Source: Acidobacteriota bacterium
Lineage (GTDB): Bacteria; Acidobacteriota; UBA6911; RPQK01; JADFOI01
Length of the DNA stretch: 64,000 bases
NCBI GenBank assembly: GCA_963663035.1
Contig: OY760074.1
Span: 1-64,000 of the forward strand
Direction: 5' to 3'
Shown here: positions 39,112-50,822 of the stretch, in pieces
Numbering within the stretch: the first letter of the stretch is position 1
How the letters are laid out: the number at the start of each line of letters is the position of its first letter
Notes under the pieces: generated by a model
Told to the model about the DNA's origin: nothing
Databases searched by the model: none
The model's input: the letters and a program-made list of their open reading frames with translations, nothing else
Program-made: the position numbers and the translations under genes

Positions 39112-40446
39112 ATGGTTATGGAGCTCTGGGATGATGTGCTTTCCCGTATTGAGAAGCGAATTTCCTATCAGAACTTTGAAATATGGTTCAAGCCAACCTT
39201 TCTTCAAAAACAGGATCTCGGTCAAAAGCAGTTGTTCGTTCGGGTCCCGAACAAACACTTCAAGTATTGGCTCGCCGAGAACTATGCCGAAGTGATCCAG
39301 GCGGCGTTGTCTGAATTGAAACTGGATGATTTTCAGGTTTCCTTTGTGGCCGCCGACGATTCCCGCGAGAATGCATCGAGTGAAAAACAGCTAGCCCAAG
39401 CCCTGAAGGAGCCTTGTCAGGATGCTGCACTTTGCCATCTCAATGGCAGGTACACCTTCAGTCGTTTTGTGGTGGGATTTTGCAATCAGTTCGCTCACGC
39501 TGCAGCAGTTGACGTAGCGGAGCAGCCTGCCAGGGCCTATAACCCCTTCTTCATTTATGGGGGGGTGGGGCTTGGAAAGACCCACCTGATGCATGCCATG
39601 GGGCACTGCATCAAGACTCAAGCTCCGCAAACGCGGCTCCTGTCCATGACCTCTGAGCAGTTTATGAACGAGCTGATCAACTCCATCCGCTATGACAAAA
39701 CAGTCCAGTTCAGAGAGAAATATCGCACAATCGATGTGCTTTTGGTGGACGATGTTCAATTTCTGGCTGGTAAAGAACGCACCCAGGAGGAGTTTTTTCA
39801 TACCTTCAACGCCCTGTATGATTCCCAGAAGCAGATTGTCATGACCAGCGATTGTCCGGCCCGAGAGATCCCCACTTTAGAGGAGCGACTGCACAGTCGT
39901 TTTGAATGGGGTTTAATGGCAGAAATGAAACCTCCGGATGTGGAGACCAAGGTTGCTATTCTCCGAAAGAAGGCGGAATTTGAGAACGTCAGCCTGCCTG
40001 ATGATGTGGCTCTTTTCATTGCTACCAATGTGAAGTCAAACGTTCGAGAACTGGAGGGTTCCCTGGTGCGACTGGCTGCATTCAGCAGCTTGACTGGAGA
40101 GAGGATTACGCTCTCGCTGGCCCAAGAGGTTCTGAAGAGTCTCACGGAAAAGAATGATCGCGTTATTACCATAGAGGGTATCCAGCAGGTGGTTGCCCAG
40201 CATTACTCTTTGAAAGTCGCAGAGCTCAAAGCGCAAAATAATTCGCAGAGGGTGGCTGAGCCCCGTCAAATTGCCATGTTTTTGTGCCGGGAAGCGACTG
40301 GGAGCTCACTGCCTCAAATCGGAAAGAAGTTCGGGGGAAAACACCATACAACGGTACTTCACTCGATCCGGAAGATTGAGGACTTGCGCAACAAGGATCC
40401 CCAGCTCCAGAGCACGTTAAGCAAGCTCGTGCAGGCCATTCAGTGA
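39112..40446 (+). CDS. dnaA: Chromosomal replication initiator DnaA
   Basis: YNPFFIYGGVGLGKTHL, DDVQF, SRFEWG, and domain IV HTTVLH. Confidence 0.98.
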   Translation: MVMELWDDVLSRIEKRISYQNFEIWFKPTFLQKQDLGQKQLFVRVPNKHFKYWLAENYAEVIQAALSELKLDDFQVSFVAADDSRENASSEKQLAQALKEPCQDAALCHLNGRYTFSRFVVGFCNQFAHAAAVDVAEQPARAYNPFFIYGGVGLGKTHLMHAMGHCIKTQAPQTRLLSMTSEQFMNELINSIRYDKTVQFREKYRTIDVLLVDDVQFLAGKERTQEEFFHTFNALYDSQKQIVMTSDCPAREIPTLEERLHSRFEWGLMAEMKPPDVETKVAILRKKAEFENVSLPDDVALFIATNVKSNVRELEGSLVRLAAFSSLTGERITLSLAQEVLKSLTEKNDRVITIEGIQQVVAQHYSLKVAELKAQNNSQRVAEPRQIAMFLCREATGSSLPQIGKKFGGKHHTTVLHSIRKIEDLRNKDPQLQSTLSKLVQAIQ

Positions 40447-40498
40447 TTGATCTCTTTCGTGACAGGAGCAGGGAATGATTTCAGAAAGGGAGTGAATC

Positions 40499-41605
40499 GT
40501 GGATCTTGTGGTGAAGAAAGGGGAGCTGCTAAAAGAACTTCAGTATGTCCAGGGGGGCGTGGAAAGAAAGACGACCGTGCCTATTCTTTCCAATCTCTTG
40601 TTAGAGACCACGGCCAATACCCTGGTCGTAACCGCAACTGATTTGGATATCACAGTCCAGGGCATTTGTTCCTCCAGTATAAAGGTGGCTGGGACGGCAA
40701 CCGTGTCCGCGCGCAAACTCTTTGACATCGTTCGGTTTCTTCCCGAGGCAGATATTCATTTCAAGAGCGACGGAGAGCAGTGGATTCAGGTGACCTGTGA
40801 GAGGTCCAAATTTAAAATCGCAAGCTTGTCCAAGGAAAATTTCCCGGAAGTTCCTTCCGTGGACACCAAATCAGTTACTCTCCCGGCTGGACCACTCCAC
40901 TATATGAGCGCAAGTTGTCTTTTTGCCATCACCCAGGAAGAATCCCGCTACACCCTGAATGGGGCCTTGATGATCGTTAAGCCGGGGAGTATCACCCTGG
41001 TGTCGACTGACGGACATCGGCTGGTTTTCATCTCCCGCAATGTGGAGCTTGCAGGCCTGGAAGAAGAGAAAAAGGTCCTGGTTCCTAAAAAGGCGCTCAC
41101 GGAGTTGAGTAAGTTGACGGCAGATGATGCTTTCGACATCGAGTTTGGGAGCAATGAAAACCACCTGTTCTTCAGAGCTGGCGACAGATTGCTTGTCTCG
41201 CGCGTCTTGACGGGACAGTTTCCAAACTATGACATGGTTATCCCCCAAGAGAATGATAAGCAAGTCGTGTTGAACGCCGTAGAGTTTTCTGATGCTCTGA
41301 GGCGTGTTTCGATTATGGCCGATGAGGAATCCCATGCAGTCCGGCTCTCAGTTAAAGAAAACCAGGTTGACATTCATTCCAGTGGCACCGAAGTCGGAGA
41401 AGCGCAGGAAAGCTTACCCGCGAAATACAAGGGAGAACCGCTTTGGATCGGGTTTAATGCCCAATACTTACTCGAGTTTCTGGCGGGACTGGAGAGTGAA
41501 GAAATCGAGCTGTACCTCCGCGATGAGGAAACCCAAGGCCTCCTGAAGCCTCAACCGCAAGGGGATTATCTCCATCAGTATGTGCTCATGCCCATGAAGT
41601 TGTAG
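40499..41605 (+). CDS. dnaN: DNA polymerase III beta sliding clamp
   Basis: T.PILSN, ATDL, STDGHRL, FN..YL and VLMPM. Confidence 0.97.
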   Translation: MDLVVKKGELLKELQYVQGGVERKTTVPILSNLLLETTANTLVVTATDLDITVQGICSSSIKVAGTATVSARKLFDIVRFLPEADIHFKSDGEQWIQVTCERSKFKIASLSKENFPEVPSVDTKSVTLPAGPLHYMSASCLFAITQEESRYTLNGALMIVKPGSITLVSTDGHRLVFISRNVELAGLEEEKKVLVPKKALTELSKLTADDAFDIEFGSNENHLFFRAGDRLLVSRVLTGQFPNYDMVIPQENDKQVVLNAVEFSDALRRVSIMADEESHAVRLSVKENQVDIHSSGTEVGEAQESLPAKYKGEPLWIGFNAQYLLEFLAGLESEEIELYLRDEETQGLLKPQPQGDYLHQYVLMPMKL

Positions 41606-41750
41606 CCGGGATTATGCATAGATTATCTACTACAGTGCCGCAATCATCCACGCTGACTGCGTTGTGCGACCCGCAAGCGGGTACCCCTCGCACGCCTTGT
41701 CATCGCGGCGCCTGCGGCACTTCGTCACGAAAACCTATGCATAATCCCGG
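41606..41750. mobile_element. MITE family A, copy 2 (145 bp)
   Basis: Perfect 16-bp TIR CCGGGATTATGCATAG; starts on the base after the dnaN TAG. Confidence 0.92.
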
Positions 41751-41841
41751 CTTTTAGACCCGTTCTCATGCCTCGCCCGGGCGGCCTTCTACTGACTTCC
41801 GGGTGGGTTGCTTCTCCCCTGTGCGAAGAAAGAGCCAATTA

Positions 41842-41888
41842 CCACAATATATAGCGTTCACACAGTTTCCACGCACAATATATTCTAT
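41842..41888. promoter_or_regulatory. Tandem NrdR-box-like operators upstream of gyrB
   Basis: CCACAATATATAGCGT (41842) and GCACAATATATTCTAT (41873), 31 bp apart, compared with consensus acaCwAtATaTwGtgt. Confidence 0.7.
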
Positions 41889-41915
41889 AAAAGCCAGTCT
41901 TCAACAGAGGGTATA

Positions 41916-41924
41916 TGTTATAAT
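41916..41924 (+). promoter_or_regulatory. Extended -10 promoter of gyrB
   Basis: TGTTATAAT (TGn-TATAAT), about 40 bp before the ATG. Confidence 0.6.
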
Positions 41925-41947
41925 AACAGCAGTCCAAAAGAGCGTAA

Positions 41948-44394
<2,447 letters not shown>

Positions 44395-44395
<1 letters not shown>

Positions 44396-44515
44396 CGGGT
44401 GTACAGGAAGGTCAAGATTGAGGCCGCACAAGCCCTTCGACACAGGCGTAGCCAAAGCTACGTCGAGGATTGGAGGGCGCGGAGAACGAAGAGCTTGGCC
44501 TTCCCGGACAGCCGC
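44395..44515. mobile_element. MITE family B, copy 2 (inverted), between gyrB and gyrA
   Basis: Reverse complement of 38495..38615; begins at the G of the gyrB TAG. Confidence 0.85.
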
Positions 44516-44563
44516 GCTGGTGTCCAGCCTCACTTAACCCACAGAAGTTAGCAGGAGAAGAAA

Positions 44564-47017
44564 ATGCGGGAATATGGCGGACGGGAAATCCCTGTCAACA
44601 TTGAAGAGGAGATGAAGGCGTCCTATTTGGACTACGCCATGTCCGTGATCATCGGGCGGGCGCTTCCGGACGTTCGAGACGGATTGAAGCCAGTTCATCG
44701 GCGAGTCCTCTTTGCCATGCACGAGCTGAAAAACACACATGACAAGCCCTATAAGAAATCGGCCCGGGTAGTGGGCGATGTTATTGGAAAATATCATCCC
44801 CATAGTGACACCGCCGCTTACGACACGATCGTGCGGATGGCTCAGGATTTCTCCATGCGGGAGCCCTTGGTAGATGGACAGGGGAACTTTGGATCCGTCG
44901 ATGGTGATTCCCCGGCAGCCATGCGCTACACGGAAATCCGCATGTCGCGAATTGCCGAAGAGATGCTGGCGGATATAGATCGGGAGACGGTCGAGTTTCA
45001 AGCCAATTATGACGAATCATTGACCGAGCCGCTGGTTTTACCCGCCAGGGTCCCCAATCTCATTGTGAACGGGACCTCGGGAATTGCCGTTGGCATGGCC
45101 ACTAATATCCCCCCCCACAACCTGACTGAGATCATCAATGCTTCCCTTCTGCTCATAGATCGTCCCGACGCTTCGGTCGCCGAACTCATGGAACTGGTCC
45201 CGGGACCAGACTTTCCTACCGGGGCATCTATCTACGGACGAGACGGCATCCGTCAGGCGTACAACACAGGGCGGGGGATCATACAGCTTCGAGCTCACGC
45301 CTCTTTTGAAGAGGTCAATGAAAACCGTGAGGCAATCATCATCACCGAAATCCCATACCAAGTGAATAAGGCCAAGCTGGTGGAGAAAATTGCCCATCTG
45401 GTCCATGCCAAGAGACTTGATGGCATCAGTGACCTCCGCGATGAATCAGATCGTGAAGGAATGCGTGTGGTGATTGAGCTCAAGAGAGGGGAGCAACCTC
45501 AGATTGTTCTGAACAACCTGTATAAGTTGACTCAAATGCAGACTTCATTCGGCATCATCTTGTTAGCCCTGGTGGAAGGGCAACCACAAGTACTGGCTTT
45601 GCCGGCAATCATTAACCTGTTTCTGGAACACCGCAAGCAGGTCGTCCGAAGCCGGACTGCCTTTGACCTGAGAAAAGCGGAAAAACGTGCTCATATTCTG
45701 GAGGGTCTGAAGAAGGCTCTAGATCAGCTGGATGCAGTCATTTCCTTGATTCGGAAAGCTGAATCCCCGGCTCAGGCAAAGGAGCAACTCTCTGCCCAAT
45801 TCGAATTCACCGAAACTCAGGCCCAGGCCATTTTGGACATGAAGCTGCAACGCCTGACGGGTCTGGAGCAAGCCAAAATAGTCGAGGAGTATGAGGAGAT
45901 ACTCAAGACCATCGCCCGGCTGGAAATAATTCTGGGTAGCGAGAAAGTCCTGAAGCAAGTGATCAAGAAAGAGTTGCTTGAGATTCAGAAGAACTTCCAG
46001 AATCCGCGCAGAACAGTGATTGTTGACCAGGAGATTGAGCTGACGATCGAGGATTTGATTCTTGAGGAGCCCGCCGTGATTACAGCGACTCACAACGGCT
46101 ACATCAAGAGGACAGCCTTACACATCTACAAAAGTCAACGAAGGGGAGGTAAGGGTCGCATTGGCATGTCCACCCGGACTGAAGAGGATCTCATCGATTA
46201 CCTCTTCGTTGCTTCCACTCATAGCTATATCCTGTTCTTTACCGACAGGGGGAAAGTGTATTGGCTCAAGGTGTACGAGATTCCGGATGTGGGATCGGCT
46301 GGGAAGGGAAAACCGGTTGTGAACCTCATCGGTCTTGAACGGGGAGAAAAGATTGCTTATATGATCGCCGTCAAGGATTTCTCAGAACCGGGCTTTATAG
46401 CCATGGCTTCCCGGCAGGGTTACATAAAGAAAACCAGCTTAAGTGCCTTTTCCAGGCCTCGCGCGAATGGAATTATTGCTTGTGCAGTGGCAGAAGGAGA
46501 CGAGTTGCTGGCTGTTGGACGAACAGATGGGGACAACGATATCCACCTCTGTTCCCGCAGTGGAAAGGCGATTCGCTTTTCAGAAAAGGGAGTTCGAGCT
46601 ATGGGGCGCACGGCTCGAGGGGTTAAAGGGATGGTCTTAAAGAAAGGAGACGCCCTGGTGAGCATGGATATTCTTCGCGACAACTCGGAGGACATCCTTG
46701 CTGTAACACAGAATGGTTTCGGAAAGCGTACCCCGGTCAGCGCATACCGGTGCCAGGGGCGGGGAGGCCTGGGAGTCATTAACATCAAGACGACAAAGCG
46801 GAATGGCCCAGTGGTTTCCGCCTTTGCCGTGAAAGGTGACACCGAGGTAATTATCATTACTGCAAAGGGGAAAATCATTCGACTGGAGGCCGCTCGCATT
46901 CGCAAGACCATCTCTCGTGGGGCTCAGGGGGTCAAGCTCATAGACCTTGGGGACGAGGATGAGGTTGCTGCCATGACGCGGGTTCCAGAGGAGAAAGAAA
47001 AAGAGCTCAATGAATAA
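44564..47017 (+). CDS. gyrA: DNA gyrase subunit A
   Basis: [17 protein letters not shown], GyrA-box QRRGGKG and pinwheel repeats. Confidence 0.98.
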   Translation: MREYGGREIPVNIEEEMKASYLDYAMSVIIGRALPDVRDGLKPVHRRVLFAMHELKNTHDKPYKKSARVVGDVIGKYHPHSDTAAYDTIVRMAQDFSMREPLVDGQGNFGSVDGDSPAAMRYTEIRMSRIAEEMLADIDRETVEFQANYDESLTEPLVLPARVPNLIVNGTSGIAVGMATNIPPHNLTEIINASLLLIDRPDASVAELMELVPGPDFPTGASIYGRDGIRQAYNTGRGIIQLRAHASFEEVNENREAIIITEIPYQVNKAKLVEKIAHLVHAKRLDGISDLRDESDREGMRVVIELKRGEQPQIVLNNLYKLTQMQTSFGIILLALVEGQPQVLALPAIINLFLEHRKQVVRSRTAFDLRKAEKRAHILEGLKKALDQLDAVISLIRKAESPAQAKEQLSAQFEFTETQAQAILDMKLQRLTGLEQAKIVEEYEEILKTIARLEIILGSEKVLKQVIKKELLEIQKNFQNPRRTVIVDQEIELTIEDLILEEPAVITATHNGYIKRTALHIYKSQRRGGKGRIGMSTRTEEDLIDYLFVASTHSYILFFTDRGKVYWLKVYEIPDVGSAGKGKPVVNLIGLERGEKIAYMIAVKDFSEPGFIAMASRQGYIKKTSLSAFSRPRANGIIACAVAEGDELLAVGRTDGDNDIHLCSRSGKAIRFSEKGVRAMGRTARGVKGMVLKKGDALVSMDILRDNSEDILAVTQNGFGKRTPVSAYRCQGRGGLGVINIKTTKRNGPVVSAFAVKGDTEVIIITAKGKIIRLEAARIRKTISRGAQGVKLIDLGDEDEVAAMTRVPEEKEKELNE

Positions 47018-47813
47018 TGGACTCCGATGGGTTCTCCCGATTCCCTTTCTGCTCTTTGCAGGAGCCGTCTGGCTCTTTGTGGAGATGGAAAACGAAACAC
47101 GGGTACAAGTGCTGCGCGCCCAAAAGCAATGGCGTGAAGAGCACTACATGGAGGCCATCGAGCTCTACGAATCCGTCTATGAAAATTATCCCAAGAGCCA
47201 GTATGCAGACGATGCTCTCTGGGAGATTGGCACTATCTACTATGTCAACTTTTATAATGTCGATCGCGCCCTTCTTTTCTACCGGCAACTGGTGAGCCAA
47301 TACCCCGACAGTTCGTTAGCTGCTGACGCCTATCTGAGGCTCGCGGAGATTTATGAAGTGGAGTTGACCGATTTGCCTCAGGCCATTGCTTACTGGAGCC
47401 AGATCCTGATCCGGGAAGTCCCACGGGAGATGCGCCGACAAGTAAACTTTAAGATGGGCAACGCTTACTTTAAATTGAACCAGTTCGAGGAGGCCGCTGA
47501 AAAGTTCCAGCTGCTGATGGAGGACGGAAGTAACGATCAGCTGGCGGAGCGAGCACGTGCCCGGGCCGGGACTATCTTGCAGATCCAAAGCCAATTTGAA
47601 AAGTCAGTGGATTACTTCAAGAAGGTCTTAGAGGGGCCCGAGTGTGCCGATTGCCGGCGGACAGCTCGGCTTGGACTGATTGAAAGTTATGAGTTTTTGG
47701 GTGAGTTGGCAAAGGCCATCGAAGTAGCCAAAACAATGCCGACCTCGGATTACCCCACCAAAGACAAGGAAGATCTGCTCAAACGTCTGGAGAACAAGGC
47801 CAGATACTATTAG
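47010..47813 (+). CDS. Membrane-anchored TPR protein (BamD/YbgF-like repeats)
   Basis: N-terminal TM, YPKS..ADDAL and YPDS..AADA TPRs; overlaps the gyrA stop. Confidence 0.85.
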   Translation: MNNGLRWVLPIPFLLFAGAVWLFVEMENETRVQVLRAQKQWREEHYMEAIELYESVYENYPKSQYADDALWEIGTIYYVNFYNVDRALLFYRQLVSQYPDSSLAADAYLRLAEIYEVELTDLPQAIAYWSQILIREVPREMRRQVNFKMGNAYFKLNQFEEAAEKFQLLMEDGSNDQLAERARARAGTILQIQSQFEKSVDYFKKVLEGPECADCRRTARLGLIESYEFLGELAKAIEVAKTMPTSDYPTKDKEDLLKRLENKARYY

Positions 47814-47958
47814 CCGGGGTTATGCAGAAATTTTCTACTGCAGTGCCGCAATCACCCACGCTGACTGCGTTGTGCGACCCGCAAGCGGGTACCCCGCGCA
47901 CGCCTTGTCATCGTGGCGCCTGCGGCACTTCGTCACGAAAACCTATGCATAGCCCCGG
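47814..47958. mobile_element. MITE family A, copy 3 (145 bp)
   Basis: CCGGGGTTATGCAGA...CTATGCATAGCCCCGG; starts on the base after the TPR gene TAG. Confidence 0.9.
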
Positions 47959-47983
47959 CTTGCCCGCTGCGGTTGAACCCTCC

Positions 47984-48013
47984 TTGACAGCCTAAGAAGG
48001 TATCTTCTATAGT
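47984..48013 (+). promoter_or_regulatory. rpsU promoter
   Basis: TTGACA-18 bp-TATAGT. Confidence 0.6.
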
Positions 48014-48062
48014 TCCAGTTGGTTTTTGAGCACAAGATTCCAGGTAAGGAGCGTCAAAGCAG

Positions 48063-48269
48063 ATGGCTGAAGTTTTTGTCCAGGATGGCGAGTCACTCGA
48101 GAGCGCGCTGCGCAGGTTTAAGAGAAAGGTGCAGCAGGAGGACATCATTCGGGATGCCAAGAAGCACTCTTTTAACCTGAAACCTGGAGAAAAGAAGCGA
48201 TTGAAACAGGCGCTCGCCAGAAAACGTGCTAAGAAGAAGCGCCGGTCGTTTCCCAGGCCAATCACCTAA
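48063..48269 (+). CDS. rpsU: 30S ribosomal protein S21
   Basis: GESLESALRRFKRKV and KPGEKKR.K..ARKR. Confidence 0.95.
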   Translation: MAEVFVQDGESLESALRRFKRKVQQEDIIRDAKKHSFNLKPGEKKRLKQALARKRAKKKRRSFPRPIT

Positions 48270-48276
48270 ACTTGGG

Positions 48277-48399
48277 GTGGCTGTCCAGGATGGCCAAGCT
48301 CTTCGTTCTCCGCGCCCTTCGATCCTCGACGTAGCTTTGCTACGCCTGCGGTCGAAGAGCTTGTGCGGCCTCGATCTTGACCACCCTTGACCACCCCGC
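48277..48399. mobile_element. MITE family B, copy 3
   Basis: Same orientation as copy 1; both also share a downstream tail CAGAACCCC.GAATGAAGCCTTCA. Confidence 0.85.
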
Positions 48400-48433
48400 C
48401 AGCAGAACCCCTGAATGAAGCCTTCAGACGGAG

Positions 48434-48479
48434 CCGTGGGCTTTAGCCCACGGGCCAGCTGTCAGGGTCTTAACCCCTG
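48434..48479. repeat. REP-like GC hairpins between convergent genes
   Basis: CCGTGGGC-TTTA-GCCCACGG and CAGGG-TCTTAAC-CCCTG. Confidence 0.55.
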
Positions 48480-48514
48480 CTTCCCCCTCGATGCGGTGTG
48501 AGTCTTTCCAGATG

Positions 48515-49165
48515 CTAGCCTGGGTTGATGCATCTGACGGCCTTAAAGTGACCCAGGAAACCAATCTTCTCAATGCTGTCCACTTTCAGACCGGTTTGGG
48601 CCAGTAACTCTTGAAGATCCAGGCCGGTGTAAAGGCCCAGTCGGTAAAACAAAGGGGAGAAGAGATTCTCCAGAAAGGCGATGGCGGGCATTTCACACTG
48701 AAAGTGATTGAGGAAGACCAATTTACCTTGCGGGCGGCAGACTCGTTTCATTTCCAGAATGACCTTGACTGGGTCAGGTACCGTGGAGATGAAGTAGGAA
48801 GCCAGGATTCGGTCGAAGCTGTTATCCGGGAATTCCAGATGCATGGCATCCATTTTAAAGAGCTGGACGTTATTAATGTCCAGGGAGTCAAGCCGCTTAC
48901 GGGTTTGGTTGAGCATTCTCTGGGAAACATCGATGGCGGTGATTTCGATGTTCCTGGGTAGCAGAGGAACGGAAAGACCCGTTCCCACCCCCGCTTCTAA
49001 AAGCTGCGCTCCAGGAAAGAGATCCAGAACCTCGTGAGCCAGCTCCCTCCCATTATCGAAAACTTTGAGGCCATATATCAGGTCATAAAAAGAAGAAAAG
49101 CGATTATAGAGCTTCTCGACATATTCAACGCTCACGGAGGCCCCCTCCTGCGGATTGAAAGGCAT
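48515..49165 (-). CDS. PmtA-like class I SAM methyltransferase (phospholipid N-methyltransferase family)
   Basis: Y...S..YD, LEAGVGTG, FPDNSFD, VPDP..V..EM.RVC and LNHF. Confidence 0.8.
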   Translation of the reverse strand: MPFNPQEGASVSVEYVEKLYNRFSSFYDLIYGLKVFDNGRELAHEVLDLFPGAQLLEAGVGTGLSVPLLPRNIEITAIDVSQRMLNQTRKRLDSLDINNVQLFKMDAMHLEFPDNSFDRILASYFISTVPDPVKVILEMKRVCRPQGKLVFLNHFQCEMPAIAFLENLFSPLFYRLGLYTGLDLQELLAQTGLKVDSIEKIGFLGHFKAVRCINPG

Positions 49166-49295
49166 GATTTTAACACCTTTGTCCCATGCCCCCAAGCGAT
49201 GAATAGAAAATGAAACGGGGTGACAGTCTGGGCGTATAGTAAGGGGTATATTGACCTGTTTAGGGAGATCCTTCAAGAAACGGGCCGAGGTGTCT

Positions 49296-50822
49296 ATGCA
49301 ATGTCAACGAATCGTGTTGCTGCCAGGCGTACTGTTGTTAGCCGTTTTCGTGTCCTGTTCAAGCAGTGAGGTTGCTCCCGGCGGGGGTAATCCGGGCGGC
49401 CGAGGTGGAGAAAGGCGAGGCCCTGGGGGTGGATCAGCGGAGACACAGGCAGTCAGTATCAGAGCTTACCTCGCAAAAAAGGAGCCCATTTCCACCTATA
49501 TCGTCTCGAACACAACGCTGGAAGCGATTCGGAAGGTTACAGTTCATGCCAGACTCAATGCCATTGTTGAAGAGATCCTGGTGGAGGAGGGAACCGCTGT
49601 TCGTGAAGGGGACACCCTCATTCGTCTGGAGGATCGGGAGGTCAGAAACGAGTATGAGCAGTCGAATATAGCTGTCGATCAGGCCAGCCTGGGGCTTCAG
49701 CAGGCGGAGGTTAAAGCGCAGCTCTCCGTTGCCAACTACGAAAGAACACAAAACCTTTTTCAACAGGAATTAATCAGCAAGCAGGATTTTGATCAGGTCT
49801 CTCTGACGAATCGCACCGACGAGCTGGCCTTGGAGGCGGCCAGGGAACAATTTGAGGGTGCTCAAGCTCGACTGAGGGCGTCTATGATCCAGCTGGAGTA
49901 CACCGAGATTCACTCACCCATCACTGGTGTTATTACACAACGGTTCATTGAGGTGGGCGACCGGGTCAACAGCAATCAGGAGGTGTTTAGTGTGGAGGAG
50001 TTTCCTCCCCTGTGGGCAAGAATTTTTGTACCCGAAAGAGATTGGCCTCAGCTGAAAGTGGCGCAGAAGGCTCAAGTCAGGTTAGAGACCTTCCCCGAGC
50101 AGGACTTTGAGGCAGCTATCAAGATGATCAACCCGACCATTGATGCGACATCTGGGACAGTCAAAGTCACACTTGAGATGGGACAGACCGACCGGCTTCG
50201 ACCGGGCATGTTTGGAACGGTTTACATCGCTACCGAGACGCGTCCCGACGCCATTGTGATTCCCAAAAAGGCGATTTTACGAGAGCGTGACCAAGACCGT
50301 GCCTTTGTGGTGACCGACGATGGTTCAGTCGAAAAACGTGATGTTGTCATCGGTTTCAGTGAGGAAGACAGGGTCGAAATCCTGGAAGGGATCCAGGAGG
50401 GGGATGCTGTTGTTACGGTCGGCTATGAGGGCTTGTCCGACGGCTATGCCGTGAAAATCATGTCCTGGGAGGGAGCACCGCCCGAGGAGGATCCCTCTGT
50501 TTCTGCTGCTCCAGAGCGCACCTCTTCTCCCACCAGAAGGGACGGCCCTGATGGAACCCCAAGTGCCCAGACTAGAGACCGTCCTCCCAGGCAGCAGATG
50601 GGTGGAGGACCGCCGGCTGGCGGTGGCCCAGGCGGGCAGCGAGGAATGCCTCCGGAAATGGTCGAAAGAATGATGGATCAGTTAATGAGAAACCCTGAGA
50701 TGAAAGAGGAATACGAAGCGCGGTTAGCCAGGGACCCCGAACTCGCCACCGACTTTGAAAAGCAAAGGGCCTTTGCTCAGGAAATGATGCAGCAATTTCG
50801 TGGCGGCCGTGGGCGGCCATGA
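49296..50822 (+). CDS. RND efflux periplasmic adaptor (MFP) lipoprotein
   Basis: Lipobox-like FVSC, EILVEEG..V..GD, I.SPI.G, LRPGMF and Gly/Pro-rich tails. Confidence 0.92.
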   Translation: MQCQRIVLLPGVLLLAVFVSCSSSEVAPGGGNPGGRGGERRGPGGGSAETQAVSIRAYLAKKEPISTYIVSNTTLEAIRKVTVHARLNAIVEEILVEEGTAVREGDTLIRLEDREVRNEYEQSNIAVDQASLGLQQAEVKAQLSVANYERTQNLFQQELISKQDFDQVSLTNRTDELALEAAREQFEGAQARLRASMIQLEYTEIHSPITGVITQRFIEVGDRVNSNQEVFSVEEFPPLWARIFVPERDWPQLKVAQKAQVRLETFPEQDFEAAIKMINPTIDATSGTVKVTLEMGQTDRLRPGMFGTVYIATETRPDAIVIPKKAILRERDQDRAFVVTDDGSVEKRDVVIGFSEEDRVEILEGIQEGDAVVTVGYEGLSDGYAVKIMSWEGAPPEEDPSVSAAPERTSSPTRRDGPDGTPSAQTRDRPPRQQMGGGPPAGGGPGGQRGMPPEMVERMMDQLMRNPEMKEEYEARLARDPELATDFEKQRAFAQEMMQQFRGGRGRP

